DNA of 64,000 nt, taken from positions 12,486 through 76,485 of the forward strand of contig JBDHXF010000006.1 of assembly GCA_039810585.1 (NCBI GenBank). The letters run 5' to 3'. Both the position numbers and the translations under genes were made by a program. The notes beneath the pieces were generated by a model, which worked only from the letters and a program-made list of their open reading frames with translations, did not search any database and had not been told where the DNA came from. The stretch is from Chlorobiota bacterium. GTDB lineage: Bacteria > Bacteroidota > Ignavibacteria > Kapaibacteriales > NICIL-2. This document shows, in pieces, positions 39,330-48,977 of the stretch (positions within the stretch are counted from its first letter, which is position 1; the number at the start of each line of letters is the position of its first letter).

Positions 39330-39875
39330 TTACTTCTTTGCTAAGATGACGCCATCTATCACATGAATAATCCCATTCGATGCGCGGACGCTGGCGAGTA
39401 CTTTGGCGTCATCGATGTAGAGGGCGCCGTCTTTGCGGTGGATGGTGGCATTATTGCCATCGACCATACCCAGGACTTGGCCATCTTTGAGTGCGTCTGC
39501 TTCATACACGGCTACTGCAACGTGGTGTTGTAGTATGTCAGCTAGTTTTTCTTTATTCTCGGGTTTAAGTAAATCTTCAACCGTGCCTTTGGGCAGCTTA
39601 TCAAATGCAGCATTTGTTGGAGCGAATACAGTAAATGGTCCAGCATTAGCCAGTGAATTTACAAGATCGGCTGCTGTTACGGCAGTGACGAGTGTAGTGT
39701 GATCTGGTGATGCTACTGCAACTTTCACAATGTCTTTTGCAGATGTTGTGTCAACAACGGCCGATTGTCCTGTTCCGCCGGAGAGCGATTGCTCATTAGT
39801 TTTTGATGTATCGGTTTTGCAAGCGCTCAGTACGATGCTCAGGCAAGCGATAACGAGCCATGTTCGAATATTCAT
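39330..39875 (-). CDS. Fasciclin (FAS1) domain lipoprotein
   Basis: Lipobox LSAC. FAS1 motifs TVFAPTNAAFDKLP and NGIIHVIDGVIL. Confidence 0.85.
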   Translation of the reverse strand: MNIRTWLVIACLSIVLSACKTDTSKTNEQSLSGGTGQSAVVDTTSAKDIVKVAVASPDHTTLVTAVTAADLVNSLANAGPFTVFAPTNAAFDKLPKGTVEDLLKPENKEKLADILQHHVAVAVYEADALKDGQVLGMVDGNNATIHRKDGALYIDDAKVLASVRASNGIIHVIDGVILAKK

Positions 39876-39981
39876 ACAAGACCTCTATGGATGTGAGAAG
39901 GAAATTGGTTGGGTATGACGTAGTGTTTTATCTGGCGCGCAGATTTCCGGCGCTCCCCTAAGATTTCGTTTATTATTGCCG

Positions 39982-41277
39982 TTAAAACATCTTCCACTTT
40001 CTTTTTTCAGCGACGACGCTGTAGCGCAGAACATTCCAAAACCACATTGCGAGCATGGTTATCCAAAGCATCGATGCATAAACGTAGTGAGATGTCTGTG
40101 TCTGTGGCCACCAGGAAACTGAGATCCGAGTAAGCGCAGCAACGATAATGCATGCTCCCATCCACGGAAGGTAACTGCGCTTTTCTTCTTCCTGTGCCTG
40201 CGCAACACCGCTATGTGATACACTGACTCGGATTGAAACCATGATCGTCATCAATCCAAAACCGCCAATGAAAGCCAAATGCCAGAGATGAACTGACTGC
40301 TCGGGAAATGCCAGAACAAGTGCCGGCGTTAGCATCAGAGCCAGAATTGAAAACCAGATCATGAGCGAAAATCGATCCTTGCGCTCCGGCATTCGGTGAA
40401 TGTGGAAGACACGAAAGCCCGACCACCACAAGGCAGCGCCAATGAGTACCGAACCGATGCGCGTGAGCATTTCACTCTCGCATACAAATCCAGCCACGAC
40501 ACTGAGGAGAATCATCACATGTTCCGTCGTGACCAATAATGTTTGTGCTTTAAAATGCTGCTGACCATTAACCTCGGTCACGAGTTGAATTTTGTGGGCT
40601 TGACGCATGCCCAGAAAAGCCGGCAGTAATCGAAATCCAACTCCCAAGACCAACAGCAGGATCAAGCCTTTCAAAAAGAAGATTCGTGCAAATACATACA
40701 TCACAAATGGCAGTTCGATCCATTGTGCCAGCACCAGAGTCAGAAGTGAAGCTGTACCCAAAGCAAGTGCTGCCGCCACAAAGAGAAAAGAGTCGGGAGG
40801 ATTTTGTCCGCGCGCGCGAAATCGCTGTACTGCAAACACGTCCGTCCACACCATCATAAGTAGAAAACACATCAATGCCCATCGTTCGCTCATCAACACT
40901 TCAGCTACCAATGCACCCATACTGCAAGCTAATAGTGGTAAAAGATCTCGAACTCTCGCTAATGCACTTTGAGTAAAGCGCGGAAAGGCAGTCCATAGAA
41001 AACCAGTCGCAAAATTTAGCAGAAAGCCACCGCTCATCATGAGCGGATGAACACGGATGGGATTGCTTATCCACTGCACACTGTACAACACCCACACCAT
41101 AGCTCCCACAAAGGCATGCACAGCGCCTAGTGCAAACAAACTGCGATAGGGTTCGATTGGTGAGTCGAGCATACGACGAAGTGTAAAATCCTTTGCGGCT
41201 GCCGGCGTTCCTTCGTCCAATGCTGTTATGCCGGGCTTCCTTTTTTGGACGACTTCTTGCTCAGCACTGCTGTTCAT
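39982..41277 (-). CDS. NnrS-like polytopic membrane protein (431 aa, about 12 TM)
   Basis: VHPLMMSGGFLLNFATGFLWTAFPRFT resembles the NnrS signature H-x-H-E-x-x-x-G-F...GFLLTA-x-P-x-W-T. Size and nos/NO context fit. Assigned from memory of the family. Confidence 0.55.
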   Translation of the reverse strand: MNSSAEQEVVQKRKPGITALDEGTPAAAKDFTLRRMLDSPIEPYRSLFALGAVHAFVGAMVWVLYSVQWISNPIRVHPLMMSGGFLLNFATGFLWTAFPRFTQSALARVRDLLPLLACSMGALVAEVLMSERWALMCFLLMMVWTDVFAVQRFRARGQNPPDSFLFVAAALALGTASLLTLVLAQWIELPFVMYVFARIFFLKGLILLLVLGVGFRLLPAFLGMRQAHKIQLVTEVNGQQHFKAQTLLVTTEHVMILLSVVAGFVCESEMLTRIGSVLIGAALWWSGFRVFHIHRMPERKDRFSLMIWFSILALMLTPALVLAFPEQSVHLWHLAFIGGFGLMTIMVSIRVSVSHSGVAQAQEEEKRSYLPWMGACIIVAALTRISVSWWPQTQTSHYVYASMLWITMLAMWFWNVLRYSVVAEKRKWKMF

Positions 41278-41295
41278 AGCTCAGTGGTAGTAGTC

Positions 41296-42093
41296 TTAGA
41301 ATTGCACAGGAAAGTGTACCACACCTAGCTCTGTACCTCCCTGGCTCAAACGTAGTTGAATATCCCAGCCACCATGCATGTTCAGATTTGCCGCGGCTGC
41401 GAATTCGCCGTCACCGGTTGCTACCGGCTGCACATTACCATCCGACGACATATCCATCGTGGTCATGTGTGTGCTCATGCTTAAGTTCATCGTGCTCATT
41501 GCTTCGATTTGGGTTTGGGTGGAGTGACGATATATCCAAAATCGCAACGGGTTCATACCCATGCATGGGCTGGCCGACAAAGCACAAACGCAGAAATATT
41601 CTTGCCCGTCGCCACCCTGCAGTTTCTGCACGGCACTACTCGTCGGAACCGTGAGCTTCACCGTAAAGTCGTGCTCCGTGTCTGTCAAGTGATTGTGCAC
41701 ATGAACGTTCAGGCTCCAATCCTGTCCACTTATACTGGGCATCGTACAAACCATGGCACCCTCAAAAAGACCCAATGCATTCGGGGCAGTGCTCAACGGC
41801 TGCTCCATCGGCGCGTCATGAGTGCCGCCACTCATCGCCATACTAGCTTGCATTTCCACGTGTGCATCTTGTAACACTTGTCCATTGCAGGCGCACACGC
41901 ATCGAACGTACAGCTTGTTGTACCCTGCGTGTAACGTGTTGTCCGAGTAAATCTCTATTTGTGTATCGCCGTCGCTAAGCTCCGTAATCTTGGCCTTGTT
42001 AATACTTGGTAATGAGACCTCGGGCGCAGTCTGCTGCGAGCACGAACTCAACATCAGAGCAGTGAGTATCAGGGTGAGTAACGCTGTTTTCAT
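41296..42093 (-). CDS. Met/His-rich lipoprotein with two YtkA/FixH-like halves (265 aa)
   Basis: ATG 42093 gives MKTALLTLILTALMLSSC (lipobox). Met/His clusters HVEMQASMAMSGGTHDAPME and MSTMNLSMSTHMTTMDMS. Each half ends in a HGGW/QDW-type strand. Confidence 0.5.
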   Translation of the reverse strand: MKTALLTLILTALMLSSCSQQTAPEVSLPSINKAKITELSDGDTQIEIYSDNTLHAGYNKLYVRCVCACNGQVLQDAHVEMQASMAMSGGTHDAPMEQPLSTAPNALGLFEGAMVCTMPSISGQDWSLNVHVHNHLTDTEHDFTVKLTVPTSSAVQKLQGGDGQEYFCVCALSASPCMGMNPLRFWIYRHSTQTQIEAMSTMNLSMSTHMTTMDMSSDGNVQPVATGDGEFAAAANLNMHGGWDIQLRLSQGGTELGVVHFPVQF

Positions 42094-42179
42094 AGAGGTG
42101 ATAAACCGTGTTTGTGGAAATACTCTTCGCAAGATTTTTTTGCGAATGCGCTTCGCGCCATTCATTGAGAGCGCTGCCG

Positions 42180-43052
42180 TTAAAAGTCCTTTCGTAAGAA
42201 AGTGCGTCGTGCCACAATGACAGGAATGATGGCCCACATTGTGAGCACGCTCAAAGCCAGGCTCATTCCTTGCCAAGAACCAAAGAATTGCTTATAAATC
42301 GCTCCCGTATAACCCATTAAGGCTGATTGATCCAAAACAAGTGATAACATGATTCGAGAAAGATCGATTGGATTGAGAAAACTCAGCACTAAAGCGAAGC
42401 GCTCGGTCGGGTAATCACTAAGAGCGTAAAGCAGAAACAGAAAGAGTCCGTCGTACACAACAGCGCAGAAAAACCACACCATCAACGATGCACCAAATCC
42501 TTTCGCACGCTCATCCATTTTTGTGGCGATTGCGAAGGCAAGAGCGCTGAACGAACAGGTGAGAAGAGCCCCGTTGACCAGTAATAGAAGTGTTCGCCCT
42601 ATAAGGTCTCGATCTCCAAACGAGTGCGCGAGCAGGGGTATACCTGCTCCAACGCAGAAACTCAGGACGAGTGGCAATGATGTGGCCAAAAAAGACGACA
42701 CAAATACCGTCGATCGGCGCACCGGTTGCGACAAAAGCAATTCTGTGAATTCTCTGGTATTGTACACTTGCATCACACTAAACATGATGCTAATGAGCGG
42801 AACGACGATGGTCATGATACTCATAAGTGTCACAAAGACTTTGTCGGCCATACCGGTAAAGCGGAACAACCCCTCACTTAGAGCAACAAAGAACGCGAAG
42901 TAGATCAAGAGCCATTTGTTTCGAGCTGCGTTCCGCAGCTCTACCTTCAAAAGTGAATCGAGAGACGTTCTATGATGTGCGGCAATCAGAGATCTCTCTT
43001 GTGTACTCAGATCTTCAACACTATACGCCGATATGTAGGTACTAGTATTCAT
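42180..43052 (-). CDS. nosY: ABC-2-type permease NosY
   Basis: Six-TM ABC-2 permease translationally coupled (ATGA) to nosF within the nosDFY order. Confidence 0.8.
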   Translation of the reverse strand: MNTSTYISAYSVEDLSTQERSLIAAHHRTSLDSLLKVELRNAARNKWLLIYFAFFVALSEGLFRFTGMADKVFVTLMSIMTIVVPLISIMFSVMQVYNTREFTELLLSQPVRRSTVFVSSFLATSLPLVLSFCVGAGIPLLAHSFGDRDLIGRTLLLLVNGALLTCSFSALAFAIATKMDERAKGFGASLMVWFFCAVVYDGLFLFLLYALSDYPTERFALVLSFLNPIDLSRIMLSLVLDQSALMGYTGAIYKQFFGSWQGMSLALSVLTMWAIIPVIVARRTFLRKDF

Positions 43053-43771
43053 GCGGCTCTCCGAAACGTGACATTTTTCTGCAGTGACGAGACGGCTTGT
43101 TCAAATGATTGTTGACCCGTAGCATGTTGTAATTCAGACTTTGATCCATGAAAGAGCAGAGATCCTTCCAGAATAAACGCGATGTCGTCTGCTAACTCTT
43201 CAATCTCTGCAACAATGTGCGTGGTGAGAAGAATCGTCTTCTCCCTAGCTTTCTCCGTTATAATCAAGTCTTTCAGACGACGAGCCATGAGCGGATCCAA
43301 ACCTGCGGTAGGCTCATCTAGAATGAGAATGGGTGCATCAAACATCATTGCGGCAACAGCGCTCACTTTTTGTCGTGTTCCACCACTGAGAGACTTCATG
43401 TTCTTCTCTGCATGAGGCAGAAGCTCAAATACTTTAAATAGTTCATGGAGTCTTTTGGGCTCTTCTTCTCGTAGCTCCGAAATCATGCCGAGAACTTCGC
43501 GGATTGTCAAGTTGTCCGGATAGCGAGCCACTTGAGGCATGTACCCAATCTGCCGCCTATAACTACCATCATTGCTGACTGCAGTCCCACTAACGTGAAT
43601 AGTGCCACTATCGGGTTTTACTAATCCAAGAATACTCTTGATAAGAGTTGTTTTTCCGGATCCATTGGGACCCAACAATGCCGTTGTCCGGCCATAACCG
43701 AAATGCAACGAAAGGTTATCAAGCACCGGTATGTGAGAGTAGCACTTCCGCAATTGATTGAGATTTATCAT
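43049..43771 (-). CDS. nosF: ABC ATPase NosF
   Basis: Walker A GPNGSGKTT, signature LSGGTRQKV, Walker B LILDEPTAGLD. ATGA overlap with nosD. Confidence 0.9.
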   Translation of the reverse strand: MINLNQLRKCYSHIPVLDNLSLHFGYGRTTALLGPNGSGKTTLIKSILGLVKPDSGTIHVSGTAVSNDGSYRRQIGYMPQVARYPDNLTIREVLGMISELREEEPKRLHELFKVFELLPHAEKNMKSLSGGTRQKVSAVAAMMFDAPILILDEPTAGLDPLMARRLKDLIITEKAREKTILLTTHIVAEIEELADDIAFILEGSLLFHGSKSELQHATGQQSFEQAVSSLQKNVTFRRAA

Positions 43772-45012
43772 GAGAACGTCCTCAATGGCTTCATAGATGG
43801 CGCATCATCCTGCATGGTAGCAGGAGTAACGGTAGGAAAGATTGATTCTGCCAAGTCCAAGAGGGACACAAAGAAACTGTGGAGCAACAGCATTGCCGGC
43901 GAATTTTGCTCAACGATTGTAGAAAAAAGTCGAACGGGGCGGAAAGGCACGTCACCGACGCCATTTTTGTCTAAATCATACCCCGTATATCGATCCCAAT
44001 AATTCCCGTGAAATGTACTGTAAGCGGTATAATCGTTTGTTGCAACATCAAAACTGTTGGAGCTAAAGTTGTTTGAGTCAATCAGATTGTCGACGGAGCT
44101 TGCCATCAATCTCATCGCCCATCCATTTGAGATAAAGTTATTGCGGTAGATATGCATGGATCCACCACTTTCCGCGTAAATACCCGATGAATTGCCCTTG
44201 AAAACATTGTTACAAATCGTTGCGTGGGATATTTCTTTGAGTAAAAGCGCATAGGAAGCGTCGCCAAGATTATCCTCAAATACATTGTCTTTCATCAGAA
44301 TGTCGTGTGTATACATCACAGCTACACCAGAACCATTATGATGGAAACGATTCTGTTGATACTCGTTGTGGTGCGAAAACATGAAGTGCAAACCATAACG
44401 AATATTGCCCTTGCTTTCGTTGTTCATGACTCGAGTGTTGGTCGTAAACTCCAAGTAGATCCCGTCTCTATGTTGATCGACAACATTATTGCGGATCAAA
44501 TAGTCATCACAATACCAGCAGTGAATTCCATTCCCGGAAGCACTTTCACTGTTGGCATTACTTTGAATGAAATTGTTACTAATGGTATTGTGCTTACTCT
44601 TTGCTGAGTATATGCCATAGCTGCAGCACAGAATTGTATTCGCATCGATCACACAACCCTCCACAAATTTCAACCTGATCCCCGAGCGCTCGTAGATATA
44701 GGAGTCGCCTGTATGGCAAATGGTAAATCCGCGAATGGTGACATTATTTGAGGTCACTACGATTACCTCACAAGAATCAGCGCCATCAACCGTAACATCG
44801 CCATCTGCTATTAGTTGAATCGCCTTATCGACAACAATGGTACCTTCACAGTACCACCCTTTATGGACGCGAACAATATCACCCGCCTTTGTATTCTCAA
44901 GCGCACGATGTAGTGGCATTGGAAATACAGGATAGACGTCCACTGTCCTGCTGAAGGAATATTGCGTTGCGCTCAGGAAGAGTAGAATCAGCACGGGAAG
45001 TCGGCACTTCAT
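43768..45012 (-). CDS. nosD: Periplasmic right-handed beta-helix protein NosD
   Basis: Signal peptide. Repeated parallel-beta-helix units (NNxI...N pattern). Position immediately upstream of nosF and nosY. Confidence 0.85.
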   Translation of the reverse strand: MKCRLPVLILLFLSATQYSFSRTVDVYPVFPMPLHRALENTKAGDIVRVHKGWYCEGTIVVDKAIQLIADGDVTVDGADSCEVIVVTSNNVTIRGFTICHTGDSYIYERSGIRLKFVEGCVIDANTILCCSYGIYSAKSKHNTISNNFIQSNANSESASGNGIHCWYCDDYLIRNNVVDQHRDGIYLEFTTNTRVMNNESKGNIRYGLHFMFSHHNEYQQNRFHHNGSGVAVMYTHDILMKDNVFEDNLGDASYALLLKEISHATICNNVFKGNSSGIYAESGGSMHIYRNNFISNGWAMRLMASSVDNLIDSNNFSSNSFDVATNDYTAYSTFHGNYWDRYTGYDLDKNGVGDVPFRPVRLFSTIVEQNSPAMLLLHSFFVSLLDLAESIFPTVTPATMQDDAPSMKPLRTFS

Positions 45013-45064
45013 GTCAATGCGTCATAAATGGATACTTTTAACGTCAGAAATCGACTGAGAATTA

Positions 45065-46138
45065 CTACCAGGTTTTAGCGACAAGCAGTCGTGCGCTATC
45101 GAAATAGTACAACTCACCTCCATTGGTGGCGTGAGAAGCCTCGTATGCCTCTTTCGTGCCATACGCACTCAGGTTTAGGCCCATGGGACTCGGAAGTTTT
45201 TCGGATTTGAGATACCATGCCTTTCGTGCGGCGATAAGATTGCCAGGGTTAGCATAGTCCACTACCCATTCTGTTGCGATATCGTCCGGATCAACTGATT
45301 TGTCTTGCTCGAAGCCAAGCATACATTCAATGCTATCAAACTTGTAGACTTTTGTCTTCTTTGTAATGAGCTCGGCACCAAAGCGTTGGTCTGTAATGGT
45401 CATTTTACAGTGAGCACATTCCTCGCTACCAAAGTGGATTGCCTCAGCCTTATCTGAGCACGCATTCAGGGCGAAGCACATCCCGAGAAGAGCGACTCCC
45501 ACGAGCCCCTCATTTATTCGAGCGGCGGAACCGCCGCTCGAATTCAACGACACTTGAGCGTTCTTCTTTTGAATCGGTTTCGACTTCCACCAGGTAAAAG
45601 CTCCAAGCGCAAGTGAAACAAACATGAGGTAACCACCAACGCCCGGAAGGGAAAGCGCGTGGAAGTTCAGAAGCTGTTTGCCACCAATCAGTGGTGGTTG
45701 ATAGGTCATGTCCGGGATGCAAATTGCGGCGTGAGGATTGAGATTGTGGCCGTAATCATATTCCCAGTTATAGAAATCTATCATTCCAGCTACTCCCAAA
45801 GCAATAAACACTACCACCCAAGAGAGCAACATCCATCGTTTTCCAAACGCGACAACGGCCAATGCGAGCACAATAAGGGAGGCTACGATTGTTGGCATGT
45901 AGCGCAATTCGGCAATACTGTCAGGTTCAATTCGCTTCATTCCGATGTAGTGGTTGAGGTTATTAATACTAGCCAAATCCTGTTCTTTTTCTCCGACTAT
46001 TGTGTTGATGTGGATTCGAAGACCCAAGCCCTCCGGATATTGAGGCGCCTCCAAGTTTATTTGCCATAGTGGGAAGGCGTATAGACCGCAAAGGAGTACA
46101 GCGCTAATTGCAATAAGTATGCGGTGTGTAGTGTTCAT
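45065..46138 (-). CDS. nosL: Single ORF joining a NosB-like 4-TM membrane domain to a NosL-like copper-chaperone lipoprotein domain
   Basis: The N-terminal half has four TM helices directly downstream of a Sec-type nosZ, which is the NosB position. The C-terminal half has its own lipoprotein-type signal (GLVGVALLGMCFALNAC) and a NosL-like core (CAHCKMTI...KFDSIECM...PSPMG). ATG 46138. Confidence 0.7.
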   Translation of the reverse strand: MNTTHRILIAISAVLLCGLYAFPLWQINLEAPQYPEGLGLRIHINTIVGEKEQDLASINNLNHYIGMKRIEPDSIAELRYMPTIVASLIVLALAVVAFGKRWMLLSWVVVFIALGVAGMIDFYNWEYDYGHNLNPHAAICIPDMTYQPPLIGGKQLLNFHALSLPGVGGYLMFVSLALGAFTWWKSKPIQKKNAQVSLNSSGGSAARINEGLVGVALLGMCFALNACSDKAEAIHFGSEECAHCKMTITDQRFGAELITKKTKVYKFDSIECMLGFEQDKSVDPDDIATEWVVDYANPGNLIAARKAWYLKSEKLPSPMGLNLSAYGTKEAYEASHATNGGELYYFDSARLLVAKTW

Positions 46139-46261
46139 GTGATAACCCGACAATTGGTGAGAAGAATGGTGAATGCACGTGTGTGGCAGCGGCACAATTC
46201 TGAATTCTGCTGCGTGAAGGGAATGCGCCATTCACTGCACATCCCCTTCACTGTGCGCTCG

Positions 46262-48235
46262 TTACTCTTCAAGCTTTGGAGTCGATCCAGTCGACAATGG
46301 AACGCTTGATCCGGCGGGAGAAACCCGGATGTAGCCTTGCATTTCTTGATGGAGCGCAGAGCAGAAATCTGTGCAGTAAAATGGTTGAATGCCGGCTGTC
46401 TTTGGAGTCCACTTAAGCGTTTGTGTTTCTCCGGGCATTATGAGGAGTTCGGAATTATCTGCGCCGCGGATAGCAAAGCCGTGAGGCACGTCCCAGTCTT
46501 GCTCAAGGTTCGTCACGTGGAAGTACACGACATCACCAACATGCACTCCTTCGATATTGTCCGGTTTGAAGTGCGATCGAATCGAAGTCATATATACATG
46601 TACTTCATTTCCTTTGCGTTCCACTCTCGCGTCTTTTTCGCCCATCGCCACGAATGGGTGCTTACTCTCTGTCAGCTTGAAACTCTTGACGGAGTTCTTT
46701 TCAAGCAGCGTTGCAGGACACATTTGCGCATAATGTGGCTCTCCTACTGTTGGGAAGTCAAGTAGCAATTTCATTTTGTCTCCACTGATATCGAATAGCT
46801 GTGCGGACTGGCATAGTTCCGGTCCCGTGGGGAGATACCGGTCCTTTGTAATTTTGTTCAGAGCAACCAGATATTTTCCGGTCGGATTTCTGTTATCGCC
46901 GCCAGCCACACATAAGTGACCAATGGAGTAGTACGTAGGCTGTCTGTCCACTACGGAAAAGTCTTTGAGGGACCATTTCACGACTTCCGAACTGACGAAC
47001 ATGGATGTGTAGGCAAATCCTTTTCCATCGAATTCCGTATGCAGCGGTCCTAATCCTGGCTTCTTGACTTCGCCGGCCAGGGCGGCTTCGTACTTAATAA
47101 TTGGAATGCCATTCACATCGCCTGCGAATTCCTTGTTTTCTATTGCCTTCAAGAGCTTCGTGTACGAGAAGACCGGAATGATAGCTGCCAGCTTACCGCT
47201 TGCTGCTATGTACTCGCCTGTGGGATCTACGTCGCAACCGTGTGGAGATTTTGGCGCAGGAATGAGATACACTAATCCGGGACACTCTTTTGGATCAAGC
47301 TGTATGCATGAGTTTTCCATGGTGGAGTTTGCGCTGTGCGTAGACTCATCATAGTGGTTGTGTGCGTATTGACAAGGAACGGTCTTCCCTTTACCTTGTG
47401 CCACATACTCCTCGGCTTTTTTCCAATTTATTGCCGCGACAAAGTCCTTGTCGTTTTGGCTTGCATTCACCTCTAGCAAGGTATTTGCCTCCTCGGAGTT
47501 ATAACAACTGAAGAACATCCAACCATGTGACTTATCTTTTCCTGCACATGCTAAGTCGTAGTCAAACGGTGGCATGTTGATTTGAAAGGCGAGCGACATT
47601 GTCCCACTCTTTGGGTCAACTTTCACGAACGATGCACGACCATGGAAATTTTGCTTGTACGAGTCAATCGGCACGTCAGAATTCGATTCGTCTGGTAGTG
47701 AGAAGCGTGATGCGGATACCACATACTCAGTTCCTTGAGTCGTGTACGGCGACCCGTGATTTCCACCTGTGTTTGGAATTTCAATGATTTCGGCAGTGCG
47801 GAATGTCGACAGATCGATTCGAGCAATACGCGGGGTATTGTTGCAGTTCGCGAAGAGCCATCGACCATCGTCGTTCCCATCTGTTCGACTCAGCTGCAAG
47901 TGGTGCTGGTCATCCCAAGGGATGAACCCTCGCGAGGTCATTAGCATGGGTTTTGTTTCCTCACTGTATCCCCACCCACTCTCTGGATTTTGCGAGAACA
48001 CAGGTATAGTGCGAAACAACCGACCGCTTGGAACCCCGTAGACACCAATCTGACCACTAAAACCACCGGACGTAAACAAGTACATTTCGTCATGCTTACC
48101 AGGCGGCACGAAAACTCTCGATGCAGCATCACCATCCGTCATTGCTGTTTTCGAGGATGCCGGACATCCGTTGAAGTTCAGTGCTATCAGAATGATAGCA
48201 ACGACTCCGACCGTTAGACTAACAAGGTATTTCAT
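46262..48235 (-). CDS. nosZ: Nitrous-oxide reductase NosZ, Sec-dependent (clade II/atypical) type
   Basis: 657 aa. N-terminus MKYLVSLTVGVVAIILIALNFNGC has no twin-arginine motif. Propeller His ligands are present. C-terminal CuA site FYCTDFCSALHQEM. Confidence 0.95.
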   Translation of the reverse strand: MKYLVSLTVGVVAIILIALNFNGCPASSKTAMTDGDAASRVFVPPGKHDEMYLFTSGGFSGQIGVYGVPSGRLFRTIPVFSQNPESGWGYSEETKPMLMTSRGFIPWDDQHHLQLSRTDGNDDGRWLFANCNNTPRIARIDLSTFRTAEIIEIPNTGGNHGSPYTTQGTEYVVSASRFSLPDESNSDVPIDSYKQNFHGRASFVKVDPKSGTMSLAFQINMPPFDYDLACAGKDKSHGWMFFSCYNSEEANTLLEVNASQNDKDFVAAINWKKAEEYVAQGKGKTVPCQYAHNHYDESTHSANSTMENSCIQLDPKECPGLVYLIPAPKSPHGCDVDPTGEYIAASGKLAAIIPVFSYTKLLKAIENKEFAGDVNGIPIIKYEAALAGEVKKPGLGPLHTEFDGKGFAYTSMFVSSEVVKWSLKDFSVVDRQPTYYSIGHLCVAGGDNRNPTGKYLVALNKITKDRYLPTGPELCQSAQLFDISGDKMKLLLDFPTVGEPHYAQMCPATLLEKNSVKSFKLTESKHPFVAMGEKDARVERKGNEVHVYMTSIRSHFKPDNIEGVHVGDVVYFHVTNLEQDWDVPHGFAIRGADNSELLIMPGETQTLKWTPKTAGIQPFYCTDFCSALHQEMQGYIRVSPAGSSVPLSTGSTPKLEE

Positions 48236-48337
48236 AAATACTCCATGAATTGGAAGATGTGACTTTCGACTACTGCCGTAGTGTGAATGCAGAGTGGTAT
48301 TCCCCTGACCGCCTGCATAGTGATTATTTTAGTAATT

Positions 48338-48844
48338 CTAATTTCGTTTTGAGTTATTGGCGTCATATTTCACACCGACTCGGCGTAGGTGTTCAAGTAC
48401 GCTACGGGCGTCGTTGGGATCGACTATCATATTGGGCATTTTTAACATGTAGGTTTGCAAAAGGCAGCGTACAGTGTCGTCGTTTTCAACCATCACATCC
48501 GTATCAAGTATCATATTCATGATGTACTCGGGTGCTCTGCGGTGGGTCACGCCACCTAATCCAGGTCCCACGTAGCGCTGGTCATAACGGTGACAAGCCG
48601 TGCACGTTGTTTGGAAAATTTTTTGTCCCTTATCCGCTAAGGCTCCATCTATAGCGGAATCGAGTTTAACTTCTTTGATTTTATAGTAATTCGGTTTCTC
48701 CTGAACCTGCAGACCCGGTGCCGGTGCGGATGTATCTGCAGTTTTCGTATCTGATGTGTTTTTCTGTGTACACGATTGCATGACAAACAACAGCGTAACA
48801 ATCAAGGCAACCCTACATGAGGTGTGCGTCTCTATGCTTTTCAT
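48338..48844 (-). CDS. Mono-haem c-type cytochrome upstream of nosZ (NosC-like position)
   Basis: Signal/lipobox-like N-terminus. A single CTACH haem motif with a distal Met (LKMPN). Confidence 0.85.
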   Translation of the reverse strand: MKSIETHTSCRVALIVTLLFVMQSCTQKNTSDTKTADTSAPAPGLQVQEKPNYYKIKEVKLDSAIDGALADKGQKIFQTTCTACHRYDQRYVGPGLGGVTHRRAPEYIMNMILDTDVMVENDDTVRCLLQTYMLKMPNMIVDPNDARSVLEHLRRVGVKYDANNSKRN

Positions 48845-48867
48845 AAGTCGTATTTTGGTTAATGTGT

Positions 48868-48884
48868 ATATGATACTATCATAT
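48868..48884. promoter_or_regulatory. Perfect 8-1-8 palindrome ATATGATA-C-TATCATAT, a candidate operator
   Basis: Lies 24-40 nt upstream of the cytochrome c/nosZ start, in the 133-bp spacer downstream of the Rrf2 regulator gene. Confidence 0.4.
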
Positions 48885-48977
48885 CTAAATATCTTAAAAT
48901 CTATTACTCGACATGTCTTGGTGTGAGCCTTTAATGATATATAGTACTACAATATCCCATATTGTTACGATGCCCTA

